A stretch of DNA of 64,000 nt from contig JBHGNT010000022.1 in NCBI GenBank assembly GCA_043228905.1, forward strand, positions 8,308,001-8,372,000, in the 5' to 3' direction. This stretch comes from Azolla caroliniana. Taxonomy: Eukaryota; Plantae; Polypodiophyta. Under the pieces are notes generated by a model. That model saw nothing but the letters and a program-made list of their open reading frames with translations. It was not told where the DNA came from and did no database searches. Numbering within the stretch: the stretch's first letter is position 1; the number at the start of each line of letters is the position of its first letter. Position numbers and translations under genes: made by a program. This document shows positions 49,052-62,576 of this stretch, in pieces.

Positions 49052-52000
49052 CGTGGTGCCGCGTGTTCTTGAACTAGGAGTTTGTGCATGCCTTTAGTCG
49101 TTTTAATAGTCGCTATCTTCTCCTCTCTTTTTTTGTAACGGTTATCTACAACCTATTTTTACATTATGGTACAAGTGGGGCCGCTCATTTACGGTGCGGG
49201 TTCTCCGGCTCTGTCCTGTTCGGCGGTGAATGGGTTAGGTGGCGTAGGGCCCAGGTAAGGTTTGAGCTGAAACCCATTCACCTTTTGCTGTACTACTTCC
49301 CCGGCCAACGTACCTAGTTGGAACGTGCCTTGTTCCGCTCCAATTATCCAGTATGGGCCGGTCCAGCGGAATCGTAACTTACCTGGCATATGGCCCATGC
49401 GAGTTTGGAAAACCAGCACCGCTCGACCCACGACGAACTCCTTTTCCTTTGCATTCTGATGTCAATCCACAAATGCTTTACGCCGTCGCTATTCCTGCTC
49501 CAACACAGCCATGATGTGTACACATTTTTCCCCGAGTTCGAGGAGTTGGTGGAGTCGTACCTCCTCCGACTTGGCTTCTGATAGTGAGTTCCATACCTGA
49601 ATTCGCAAACTGGGTACCTGAAATTCGACCGGCATCACAGCCTCCAGCCCAAACTCTAGTCGAAACTGTGTTGACTATATGCTTGTTTTGTAGCTGGTTC
49701 TATACGCCCATAACGCACTCTGTAATTTAGTATCCCAGTCCGTTCTATTTTCATTGACGATTTTCTTCAAAATGGTCTGCAACGTCTTGTTGGTGGATTC
49801 TGCTAATCCATTCGCCTGCGGATAATATGGCGTACTCTTCTTATGGACTACAGCGTAATGATGTGTTAGTTCCCGAACCACCGTATTGAGAAAGTGACTC
49901 CCCTGGTCACTGATGAGCTCAATCAGACAGCCAAACCGGCACCAGATGTGCTCGTAAAGGAATTTGGCTGTGACAGCCGCCGTATTTTCCCGTAGTGCCT
50001 TTGCTTCTACCCACTTGGTGCAATAATCCGTGGCTACCAATATGTATTTATTGCCCGTACAGGCTGCCGCCAGTGTGAAGGGGCCCACAAAATCCAATCC
50101 CCACTTTTGGAAGGGGTCTAGCGGTAATACGTGTTGGTGTGGCATCCTTGCGCCCTCTGTGGGCTGGCCCATCCGTTGACACAAATCACACTTTCTACAA
50201 TACTCGGATGTGTCCTTTTGCATTGTTGGCCACCATAAGCCTGCTTGCCATACTTTCCGGGTTGTAACGTTGCCCGCGTAATGGCCGCCTACCGTGCTGC
50301 AGTGTGCCTCCCGTAAAACGGCTTCCTTCTAATCCTGACGTACCCCACGTTGCCAAATGTCGTCACTTCCTTTGTGACATAAAACGCCTTCGACGAGGCA
50401 AAAGTGACGGCTTCAGACGGCTAGTCGTTTCTTCTCGTCCGTGCGTAATTGTGGTGGAGGAAGTCCCGTAGTCAAAAAGTACATCATTTCCATAAGCCAC
50501 CGGTCCGGAAAGGTCGATTCCGTTCTTTCTGCTAGTGTTGCTACCCGCAGGATATCGGCGTCCGGAAAATCGTCGTCATCTTTCTGTACTGTTTCTCCAT
50601 TCTCGAGTTTGCTCAAAAAATCCGCCACTGCATGTTGCGTCCCTGGTCGGTGCTGGATTACGAAATCGAATTCCTGGAGCAACAACATCCACCGCGCCAA
50701 TTTCCCCGTCAGGGCTTGTTTCTCCACCAAATATAGCAGCGCTGAATGATCCACGTGGAACGTGAATTTCCTTCCTAATAAATAATGCTGGAATTTATTG
50801 ATGCTATAGATCATCCCTAGTGCCTCCCGCTCCATTGTGGAATAGTTACGCTCTGTTGTTGATAATTTGCGACTAACGTAGTATACTGGCCGGTACCAGT
50901 TTGGTTCGGTGAGCTACATTAGTGCACTTCCTATTGCTATGTCCGAGGCGTCGACGAACACGTGGAATGGCTTCGCCCAAACTGGTGGTTGTACGACAAG
51001 AGCCTGTGTGAGCATTATCTTAAGTGCCTCATAGGCCTTATCCTCCATTGCAGTCCAGTGGAAAGGAGTCCAATGTACGACAACATGTAACGGCATGGCG
51101 AAGTCCGCCAAATACCGTATCATCCGACTATGCCACCGTATTTGTCCTAAAAACCGGCTGAGCGATTTGGCGTTTGTCGAAGTTTTGGCTTGCGTAATCG
51201 CGGAGATCTTGTTCGGATCAACCGCTATTCCCTCCTTGCTGACTATATGGCCCAGGAGAGTCCCGCTGGTCATGCCGAAAGCACATTTCGTGGGATTCAA
51301 GCTTAAGCGTGCGGCGCGGCAACGTTCTAGGCACAGTTGTAAGTGCGTAAAATGGTCTATTGTTCTCCCATATACCGCAAAGTCGTCTAAAAAAACTTGC
51401 ATGAATGCCGGAATGTATTCCCCAGATATCTCCGTAATTGTCCGTTGAAATGTTGTCGGCGCCGTCTTTAGCCCGAACATCATGACGACTGCCACGTATA
51501 CTCCCCAGTCCGTGACAAATGCCGTCTTTTCTTGGTCCTCGGGATGCATGCGTACCTGGTTATAACCACTGAAGCCATCTAAAAAACTGTACATCTCATG
51601 ACTTGCGACGGCATCCAGTATGCTATCGGTGAAGGGTAAGGGAAATGCGTCCGTAATGGTTACGGCGTTTAATTTTCGGTAATCTACGCATACCCATATT
51701 TTGCTGTTTTTCTTTGGAACGACCACTATCGGGCTTAACCATGTCGCTTGTTTAACTGGTCGTATGAACCCCGCCTTCAGGATCTTGTCAATTTCTTCTT
51801 TCACGTAGGTCCCGTAGTTCGGGTTCATGCGGTAGCGGCATTGCTGGACGGGTTTCGCGTCGGTTGCTAAATTGATCTTATGCTGATAGAACTTGGGATC
51901 TAACCCCTTCATGTCCCCGTGAGCCCAAGCGAACACATCCTTATATCCCGTGAGTAGTGTGATCATCGTGTTTCGCTTGTCCGGCCTTAATTCCTTTGCG

Positions 52001-55000
52001 ATGGAGAGGAAACGGGGCTCCGATTCCGTACCCACATTTACTTCTTCAAGGGCGGAAGCGGTGACTCGTCGTGAAATCTCCATTTCCCTTTCGAATGCCG
52101 CCTGTGCTTTGCTGAGTTCCAATATGGACTCTGGGTTTGGTTCGTAAGCCTCGTCGTGGAGCACAATGGCCATGGCATATCCAGCTGCAGTTGCGATGAC
52201 GTCGATTTCGAACAACGGAATGATCCGTGGGTGCTCATCTAGGTATGCCTCTAATTCTACATCCTCCACCCCAGCCAACATATTTATATCTTCTGCGTAT
52301 AATTGTGTTATACCCTTGGGTTGTGGCGTGCTTCCTTCCGTAGGTACACGAACCTTGGTGCGTCCGTGTCGGAAATTGATACACTTGTGTTGCCAGCTCT
52401 GCTTGATATTTGCTGCCCGAAGCCATGGTCTGCCCGAAAGCGAGGACGACCGCCGAGATGTCGAAGCGGTGTCCGCCCACGATAATGCCTATTTTGCGAA
52501 TTAACCCCAATGGTCGTACTGAGCGGGTATCTGCCATTCGGAGCCAGAATGGGCAAGCCTCCCATTCTGAAATGCCTAACTACTCGCAAGTTTTGGCGCT
52601 AATTACATTGACGCCTGAGCCGCCATCGATTACGCATCCAGGAATTTCTTGTCCGTGTAATATTAATGTAATAGCCAGGTTCTGCTGATCCACTACCGGC
52701 GTTCCATCACTAACGTCTGTAAGGTTTGTGGCGATACTCACCCCGGGTATGCTTGTCACCCGTTCTTCCATGGTCTGGCGGAAGCGTGGGACTAGCTGCA
52801 ACAGTTTCTCCATGGTTAACGTTATCTCATAGCCCGCTAACACCTGCCAAATGGGGTCTGGGACCGGTCTTTCGTCCTCTACTCGCTCCATTGTGTTCGC
52901 GGACTCCTTCCGCATGAGTTCCATATTTGTCGCGTTTGCTTTTTCCACCCACGCTTGGGCTTGTCGGCGTATCTCGTCTTGCACAGCCCAATCAACCATT
53001 TTTTTTTGCTGGCGTGTCGTGACTTGCTGCACTTCCACCGTAATCGTATTGACAACGGGCCCCTTTCCCTTGCGTGTTGGGCATTGCGTGGCATAATGTT
53101 TGGGTTGCTGACAAATAAAACAATGGATGCTTGATTCACCCTTCTCGGCTCCTGGTGGTGTGTGCCGCTCCCCTGGTGCTACTTGCTCCTCGCGGTCTGG
53201 CCTCATTTGTCAGAACGTACGCGATGGTTGTTGTTGGTCCCGTCGTTGTTCCTGGTGTCGCTCATCTCCCGAGCTTTCGTCGTAACGCCGGTGATCTCGA
53301 TATTGCCTTGGCTTACCACGATAACCATTGAAGCCGCCCCGTTTGTTTGTCGGCTAGTGATTCTCATAGCGCCGATAACTCGGATGTCCACGATAATCCT
53401 CATCCTCTGGTTCGTCTTCCTCAGTATCGTTGTGATTTCGGCGATTCTGGTGGTGCCGGTCATCCCGTGGGTTGCGATCCCTATATCGTGGTCGGTCTTC
53501 TTGCCTCCTTTGTTCAGTCCGGTGTGGTGGACGCTGGGTGTCCATGCTGCGGACTGCGGGAGTGGCTCTCTTCAACATATTGTATTCGCATTGGTCGACT
53601 GTGTGAGCCTTCAAGTGGCATATTGCACTCCACTGTGGAATGCCCCGAGTTCAAGCAAATCGTGCACTGGATTTCTTGACGAAACTGGCGTTCCTCGTCC
53701 TGGGGTAACGCTTGTCGTAAGGAGGACATAGAAAACCTTTCCTCCTCGTTCAACTCGAGCTGTAACGCTCATTCAATGACCATATCCGCCGTTTCCCCTT
53801 TCACGCTATTGTTGTTGAGCATTGCCCGGATGGGTCGGCGTAATGCTGCTAGAAATGTTTCTCGAGCCTCGTCCTTCGCGAGGCTCCATTCTTGTTTCCG
53901 CCGTAAATTTTGGAAACATAAGCTGAAGTCTGCTATCGTCTCGGTCGGCAGCTGCTTAATCGTATAGAACTGTCCGAGGATTACGCGTTGTGGAACCCTC
54001 CGATGGAAGAACCGCAAGAAAGCGGACTGCAGTTGCTCGAAGGTTGTTATTGGTGGTAAATCCATCTGTGAATGCCAAGACACCGCTCGCCCATCCAATG
54101 TTAACCCGAACTCCGTCATTTTCGACTGGTGTGCTACCGCCTCCGAAAGGCTCTGCGCCATGTGGTTCGCATTCCAGACATTCAGAAACATGCGAATATG
54201 AGTTGCGGCATCGGTTTCGCCATTAAAGCGGGGGTAGCCAAAGGCCATGGTGGGGGCTACGGCGGGTCGGGAAAGACCACAGGGTGGCTGTGGTGAGCAT
54301 AGTCCCTGCGTCTCATCGAGGTATTTGTAGAGCGAAGAATCACCTTTGTACTCACAGTAGGTAGTACTGAGGTTGCTGAGGCGAGGCTTTTGCCGTGCGC
54401 ATTCTTCTGCCTGGTGTGTGACGGACCTTGTTATTGGCCGGTCTTGTCATGTTGGTTCTCTGGGGCGTCTGCGGCTAAACATCCATTCGTCGTTGCTCGT
54501 CTGTGAGAAGACACAGATCACCAAGCGTGCGAAAAGTGTTGTCGATTAGGAACACGGTCCGCGGTCAGTCCTTCAACCTAGACCTCCAAGTGGGTGTGGA
54601 ACAACGAATAGGCGTCTAGCGTAATGCGTAGGGGAATGTTCCCTGTAACCTATCAGCGTATAAGGGAGACGACTACAACCGAATCCTTAGCAAGGGTTAC
54701 ACTTATGTTCTTACACGCTCAGGTATTCAAGACACACACAGTGGATTAGCCGTAGCTATACACAGAACATCAGAGAAGATAGAATTCTATTATGAGACGT
54801 TTCTTTTTATTCCCAAAATTACATGCACTCTCTATAAGAAGTTTTCTGCCCTTTATATACGCAGGGTCTATCTAGCCGTTCACGCTTCTTGCGTGAACCG
54901 TTACATGCGTTATGATCTTATATTATTTCTTATTCCTACGCTCTTGTTCGTCTGTTACTATTCCGGCAGACAACAAGAGGTTCTCACCGAGCCTGCATCA

Positions 55001-58000
55001 TCCGGTTCTCACCGGGTCTTCCTTGCCGGGTACTCATCATCCGATTCTCACCAGGTCTTCCGTTGCCGGGTACTCATATCCCATCCGGAGGGACCAAAAT
55101 CCTAACAATGAGTGCGATTTGAGGAAACGTGTATGGATATGTTGTCGGTTCTGAACAACAAACAACGCAGACAGAAAATAGAATAGGCGTGGACTTACAC
55201 AGTGCAAGCTCTAATGGAAAGCTTTATTGCTTCTTTCTCACTCTCTCTCTGAGATACAATGCACAAACCATTCGTCTCTCTCTCACTCGTCACTCTATAC
55301 AATGTTAGGTATTCGCTTATATATTAAGCCCTAACTTATTGACGAGTTCACACTCGGACGGGTACAACTTGGAAGGAGTCGACCTTTTATGCCAACAAAC
55401 TCCCTCGTAAAAGGACTGCTCTTTCTTGCATGTACAAGGATTTGGGGTTATCTCCCCCGTAAGCTTAGATTACAAAATTGATCTAAGCTTATATGTTACA
55501 AGTCGGTCGGCATGCAGTCGAGTCGGCAAATGTATAGGATGTGTCGTTATTGTTCCGATCAGATCTTACCTTCTGTTCCTCATTCGGCTTTCTTCTGCTC
55601 GGTTGCTTGTCATAGCCCCATTTTCATCCTTAGTGCTCTGAAGCGTAGATCTGGGGGTGGCTTCGTTAAGCAATCGACGATGTTCACCTCGGTGTCGATC
55701 TTCCGTACTTCGAGTTTCTTTTCGTTTACGAGCTCCTAGATATGATGATACCGCACCTAATGTGATTCATCTTTGCATGATAGACGAGATTGTTGATGAG
55801 GTGTATTGGGCTCTGTGAATTGCAATAGATGGTTGGCGCTTGTTGGTCATTTCGGCTTGCAGTTCCGAAGTTGGCAGTCAGTTGGTGTAGCCAGATTGCT
55901 TCCTTCGCTGCTTCCAATGTTACTATGTACTCGGCTTTTGTGGTAGACAGAGTCGTGCACTCTTGAAGTTTCTACCTCCATGATATCGCCCCGCTACCAT
56001 AGGTGAAGATGTAGCCTAATGTCGATTTCCGATTATTTGCATTTCCGACATAGTTGGAATCGGTGTAGCCTTCGACTTCGGCTAAGGTTGTCAATCCGAA
56101 AGTTAGCTATGCATCCAAGGCTCCTTTTAGATACCTAAGGATATGCTTGACAGCCTCCCAATGCTTCTTTCCTAGGTTTGACATGTACCGGCTGACCACC
56201 CCTACGACATAGGCTAGGTCGGGTCGGGTCGCCACGATTGCGTACATGATACTTCCTACTGCCGATGCGTAGGGTATCTTTCCATTAAGTTCTCTCTCCT
56301 TGTTCGTCGAAGAAGAGTCTCTGTCTGATATTTTGATCAACGTCGGAAGCGGTGTCGGTGTTGGCTTCGCATTCTCCATGTTGAAGCGCTTCAGCACCTT
56401 GCGGATGTATTCGGATTGGGAGAGTCGGAGAGTTTTGGTCGTCTGATTTCGCTCTATCCTCATGCCCAGGATGTGTCTGGCTTGTCCGAGTTCCTTCATC
56501 GCGAACTTTGCGTGAAGGCTCCACTTCAGCTTACCGATCTCTGCTTGATTGCTTCCTGCAATCAACATGTTGTCAACGTATATGATCAGATAGATCTTGG
56601 ACTTGTCAGCCAGTTGCCGAACATACAAGCATGGGTCAGAGTCTGATCTGTTGTATCCAAGTTGCCGTATGTAGGAGTCAAACATCTGGTACCACATTCT
56701 CGGCGCTTGTTTCAGGCCATATAGACTTTTCTTTAGTCGACATACGAGTTGACTGTCCTCCCTCGTCGTTGTGAAGCCTGCCGATTGAGACATGTATATG
56801 TCTTCTTCCAGATCTCCGTGTAGGAATGTCGTCTTTACGTCCCTCTGTTCGAGCTCTAGATCTTCTGTCGCCACGACTCCTAGTAGGAGTCCGAGGGTGG
56901 TCATCTTGACTACTGGTGAGAATATCTTGTCGTAGTCGACCATGTATTCTTGTTTGAATCCTTTCGCGACAAGCCGAGCTTTGTACTTGGGTTTCTTTGA
57001 GTCGGATACATACTTGTATCGGCTTCCTTCCAGCTGGTAGTTCGACCAGCTCCCATGTCTGATTCTAATGAATTGAGTCCATTTCGGACTTCATGGCTTG
57101 TAGCCATGTTACGGCGTCGGGTGCGGCCATAGCTTCTTCATAGGTGCTTGGTTCGCCTACATCTGTGTAGTTGACATAATCGAGGCCTGGTTGGTAGAAC
57201 TTTGTTTTCCTTCAAGCTCGTCCAGATCTCTTGTGTGCCGAGATGTTTGGTTCGGATCCTTCGATCAACTCTGTTGGTCGATTGGTATTAGTTGAACCAT
57301 CTTTATCAGGAGTCTTGGTAGGTGTCTCGTCCCTAGATTGGGATTTCGACGGTATCTGGTTATCCTCCCCTATGGTTGTCGTCGACTCTAATCTGACTTG
57401 TCTCTTGGTGACCTTGCCTTTATCAATCCTTGTCAATTTAGCTGTCTTTTATGACTTTGTCTTTGAGTTCGACGATAGGACTTGTTGCCAATTCGGTGTC
57501 GGCAGGGAAGTTGACAACTTGTTGGAGTTCGACTGTTTGTCGAGTCTCCGATTCGGCCTGGTGGGTCGGTCCTTCTACAACAATGCTATCATCTTCGAAG
57601 GATACCTTCTTACCGACTGTTTTCTGTAGGTTCCGCTGAGAGAAGATGGAGTCTTCATTGAAGACTACATCGCTGCTCCAAATTAATTTTCGGTTCTCAG
57701 AGTCCCATAGCCGATAGCCAAAGTCCCCATCGGTTCCATAACCGAGAAATATGCACTTTGTTACATGGGGTGCCAACTTCGTCCTTTTGTCCCTGGGGAT
57801 GAACGTGTAGGCTTCGCATCCGAATATATGGAGCGTATCGTAAGTCGGTTGTTTGCTTGACCATAATGCATGTGGCACTTCGAGCCTGATTGCTCTTAAC
57901 GGCGCCAAATTTATCAGGTACACTTTCGTCTGCAATGCCTCAGCCCAGAATTCCAGCTTCAGTTCGGCTTGCTGGAGCATTGCCGTCACCCTCTCCTGGA

Positions 58001-61000
58001 TCGTCCTGTTGATCCGTTCTACCATTCCATTTTTGCATGGGTGTGTAGGGAACGATCTTTTGGTGTCGGATCCCTTTTCTAGATAGGTACTATTTGAAGG
58101 CTCTGGAGGTGTACTCACCTCCGTTGTCGGATCGGAGTGTCTTCACTTTGTATCCCAACCGGTTGTCCACTTCAGATATCCATCGAGTGAAGACCTCAAG
58201 CGCTTCATCTTTGGACTTGATGGAGTATGCCCAAACTTTCCATGTACAGTCATCTACGAATGTGATGAAGTACCAGGAGCCTCCTAGTGATCGCTCCGGC
58301 ATGGGCCCACATATGTTTGTGTGCACGAGCTCTAGGGGCTGTCGTATTGTCTCATAGTGAAGAGAGTGTGGACTTCGGGTCTGTTTCCCATATCGACAAT
58401 GCTCGTAGAAGTCCGTCTTTGCCAGGAGCTTCGGGATGTAGCCAACTGACATCAACCGATCAAAGGCCAGCTTGAGACATGTGGCCAAGTTAGTCATGCC
58501 ATAAGTTCGGGTCGGTTTTCTCGACTAAGTTCACATCCCATTCAGGGTTGATCGCCATCAATGGGTATAGATCATTATACTTGTACCCACTACCGATTTT
58601 GAAGTTTCCTCGGCTGATCACCCATGTCGACTCGTGTAGAGTCGTTCTATACCCGTCTTCAGCTAACATGTCAATGGAGACCATACTCCTTTTTAGATCG
58701 GGTACGTGCTGAACTCGGTGCAAGGTTATTGTGTTGCCATTTGGCAATTTGATGGGAACCTCCCCGGTTCTGGCTATCTTGCACTCCTGCACGCTTCCTA
58801 GTCGGACTGTGCCACTAGCGTCGGCTGAATAGTTCGAGAACCATTCAATGTTGGGGGTCACGTGAAATGTGGTACCAAAGTCTAGTAACCACGTGTGTGC
58901 AACTTGTGCACTATAGAGGACTTCTCCAATCATTGAGTCCTCTAAGTAGAGGATTTCTCTGGATCGGGTGTCGACAACGTTGATCTGGTTGCCGACAGGA
59001 GAGTGATCTGAGTCGGAACGTCCCCGATTCCGCTCGGATCACCGACCACTCTCTTTTCTTTTTAATGACCAGTAGTCGGAAACATTGTGGCCAGCTTTCC
59101 TGTAGTGTGTGCAGTACTCACTTGATCCGCCCGTTTTTTACTTAGACCATTGTCGGTCTCCCCTTGTTTTGATCGGTTGTAGTGTCGACCGGTTCTGTCG
59201 GCTTGTTCTTTCATTCGACTCTGTTGGTCAAGTGATGGTCTTCTACCAACCCATCAATTTTCGCCTGATGTCCTTTGTGAGGACTTGGCCGATTGTTTCA
59301 TCCAAGTTTAGGATCGGTCGGCTATTGGCATATGTTGTGCAAAATACCTCCCAACTCGCTGACAAGCTCGATAGGACGGCAAGGACTTTCACTTCTTCTT
59401 CGAAGTTGATCCCTTGTGACAAGAGCTTAGAGAACACCCGGGATCGGTCTCTCTCATCTTCATGTTGAATAGTTGTTTGACCAAAATCAATTTCAATGAT
59501 GAGGACTTCTTTTCATAAATGGCTTATAGCGTCTCCCACAATGAGAACGTTGTCGTCTCTTTCGCCATGCTGAAATAGACATTTTTGGCCAGATGCATTC
59601 AGATGGTGGAGCGTGCAATTTCGTCTGTTGATCTCCACTCCTCAGTTGTCATTGAAGCAAGTTTTTTGTTGTGCCGAATGGGTTTGACCTGTCTTGGATT
59701 GATCAACACATCCTGCATCATCTCCTTCCACAAGGCAAAGTTTTTGTCGTTGAATTTTCTGATTTCAACTCCTGTTCTAGATGTTGAAGCCATATTCTTT
59801 TTGTGAACTTGAGATTTCTTACCTGGTTTTTTCTTTCAGCTTCTTCTGTTGTCTGTTGCCGCCGAACAACAAAGATTCGCTCTAATACCAGTTGTGGGGG
59901 TAACGAGTGCGATTTGTGGAAACGTGTATGGATCTGTTGCCGGTTCTGAATAGCAAACAACGCAGATAGAAAATAGAATAGGCATGGACTTACACAATGC
60001 AAGCTCTAAATGGAATGCTTTTTGCTTCTTTCTCTCTCTCTCTCTGAGATACAATGCACAGACCGTTCGTTTCTCTATCACTTGTCACTCTATACAATGT
60101 TAGGTATTCACTTATATACTAAGCCCTAACTTATTGACGAGTTCAAACTCGTACGGATACAACTTGGAAGGAGTCAGCCTTTTATGCCAACAAGGAAGAC
60201 CTTGGATGTAAGAGCTAAATGTAATTCAAGATTGGAGTAATGGTCTGGTGACTTTGGCACCCTCCGAAGGTGTCAACATTCTCTATGACATGCATCTTCA
60301 AAGAGTGATCAAGGGTGCAAGGAAGAACAACTTATCCGATAGTGAGTATGAAGAAGGGGTTTGTGCAAGTGATAACGCTTCATCGGATTGTGAGGAGACA
60401 ACATCATATATGTTATCCAAGGAAGTGAAAGAAGACAATAAAGAAGAAGAAACCATTACCCTTGAACAACAGGAGAAGATGATTTCCAAATATATTCAAG
60501 GAGAAGAACAACAAAGGTTTGTTTCCCTACTTTCCGAGTTTTCGAGGTTATTTATAAATGACTCTTCACATATTAGAGGAGTGGATGTCATTAAACACCA
60601 AATCAAGTTGAAGGAGGGAAGTGAACCGGTTGCCCAATAGCTTCGTCGCTTGGGGACAGTCCAAAAGAAGGCTCTATTAAAAGAGGTTAAAGCTTTGTTG
60701 TAGGCTGGTTTCATATACCCCGTGGAGTATTCAGAGTGGGTGTCCCCCGTTGTGGTGGTTCCTAAGAAGAATGACAAATGGCAAGTTTGTGTCGACTTCA
60801 AAGCTTCGAATGCAACTACGAAACGGAATCACTCTCCACTTCCTTTTCAAGATGAGATTTTGGATCAAATTGCAAGGCATGAGATGTACACAGTATGTGA
60901 TGGGTATTCCGGCTATTTCCAAATAAGAATCGTGGAGGAGGAACAAAGAAAGACAACCTTCATAACACCTTGGGGTTATTTTGCTTATAAGCGCATGCCT

Positions 61001-61715
61001 TTTGGTTTAATCAATGCAATGTTTACTTTCAATCGTTTGGCTATACATGTTTTCAACATTTTTTTAGAAAGTTTGTAAGGTTGTTTATAGATTATTATGC
61101 CATATATAGTACAAGGATTGGTCATCTAGAGAAGGTGTGTGCGGCTTTAAAACGTCTTGACGAATGTAAAGGATAACTGAACCCCGAAAAGTCCCATTTT
61201 AGAGAAAAAGAGGTGGTGATGCTTGGATATGTGGTGTCTCTTCAAGGAATTAAGGTGGATTCCTTTAAAGATCAAAGTGATTGAAAGTTTACCATATCCG
61301 AAAGATATTAAGTCTTTGGAGGTTTTTGTTCAAAAGGTGCAATACTTTGAGAGATTTATCCATATGCTAGCCCAAGCTCTTTATCCTTTTGGAGACATCC
61401 TTCGCACTAATATCATTGTGTGGAATCTTTTTGTGCAAGAAAAATTTGATAGAGTAAGAGAGCTATTAGCTAAAACCCCCATTCTTAAGCCATCAAATAG
61501 AAATTCTACATTCTTTCTTTCTCTTTGTGTTAGCTCTCATGTTATTGGCTCTTTCCTCATGCAACAAGATCCTCATAATAGGCTAATGCAACCCATTTAC
61601 TATATAAGTAGAGCCATAAGTGATGTGGAAAAACCTTTATGGATGTGGAAAAGTGGGTGTTAGTTCTCACGTATGCATGTCGAAAGTTTAGGAGATTTCT
61701 TATCCCTCATCACGT

Positions 61716-62531
61716 TGTTGTAGTGTAATTCGCACAATACGTGAAATTTGCATTTTGGTTCCTCCGGATGGGACAAGGAGGAACCGGTAAGGAGAACTGG
61801 TAAGAACCAGATCAAGCAAAACTGGCAAGATCCGGATAAAGAAGGCCGGTGAGAGTCTCTCACCGGATGAAGAGACAAATTTATAAATAGAAGAAAAGAT
61901 TGATCAATGCATAAGGCAGGATTCAAACCATGTACCTCTACGTAGACGAACCCCAACCTTACCATTGTACTAACTTACCCTAAGTGTTCTAAATATAGAT
62001 TTAATACGTATAAGACCTTTATGTACACCTACCTTTATTAAAAGGTAAGTCATGCATTTTTAGAATGCGTGAATACTTTATTTATAAGAAAAATGTACAC
62101 CAATAAAAAATTACTCGTGCACATCTAGCGAGCATGAGCACTATATTTAGGAAATAAAAGCATAGTGTAAAAAGCAACTCATGCACATTTAGTGTGCATG
62201 AGCACTTTAGAAAAAGCATGAAGTTATGCTTAGCCTCTTCCATCCTTATAAAAGGAGGAAAGAAAGATGTATGATGTTGTTGGTTATTTTACAAGGATTG
62301 ATCAATCTAATATATTTGTGGGATTCACGAGTTTATCATAAAAATTCTCTTTCTTATAATCTAAATATTGATTAAATACACTAAACACGTGGGATTCATA
62401 AGTTTTTATTTCTTACTTCTCTTTCTACCTATTCATAACTAGCCTTATATTGTATTATTCTTTCTCCTAGTCCAAAACCTCAGTGGTTCCCACCCGACTC
62501 ACGCAACGATCCGGAGTCGAAAGGCATGACA
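61716..62531 (+). repeat. Solo LTR of the tRNA-Trp-primed Gypsy group, TSD ACGT
   Basis: TG...CA termini flanked by ACGT. The 3' end CTAGTCCAAAACCTCAGTGGTTCCC resembles 24516-24540. The host frame PHHV|VIITS rejoins. Confidence 0.88.
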
Positions 62532-62576
62532 ACGTTGTAATAATCACTAGTATGTCATTATTCCCCTATGTATTAC

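Larger units (their letters stand above)
41498..54975 (-). mobile_element. Nest level 3: non-chromovirus Gypsy with an extra 3' ORF and atypical priming sites
   Basis: 439-bp LTRs 41498-41936 and 54537-54975; perfect TSD AGAGG. Gag 53200-54250, protease IDGGSGVN, RT 50914-52281 (FLDD), RNase H 50413-50835, integrase 49189-50400. Confidence 0.95.
36514..55107 (-). mobile_element. Nest level 2: Tnt1/Tork-like Copia inserted 15 bp inside the level-1 LTR
   Basis: 3' LTR 36514-37215 with PPT; 5' LTR 40997-41497 plus 54981-55107; PBS 40982-40993; TSD ACGAG/ATGAG; gag (CFYCGKSGHFQKNC), INT, RT and RH in 37240-40970. Confidence 0.94.
36499..60192 (-). mobile_element. Nest level 1: Tnt1/Tork-like Copia with LTRs of about 300 bp
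   Basis: 5' LTR 59893-60192; 3' LTR 36499-36513 plus 55113-55397; iMet PBS near 59879-59890; TSD GGGAA/AGGAA; decayed gag-pol 55640-59793. Confidence 0.92.
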
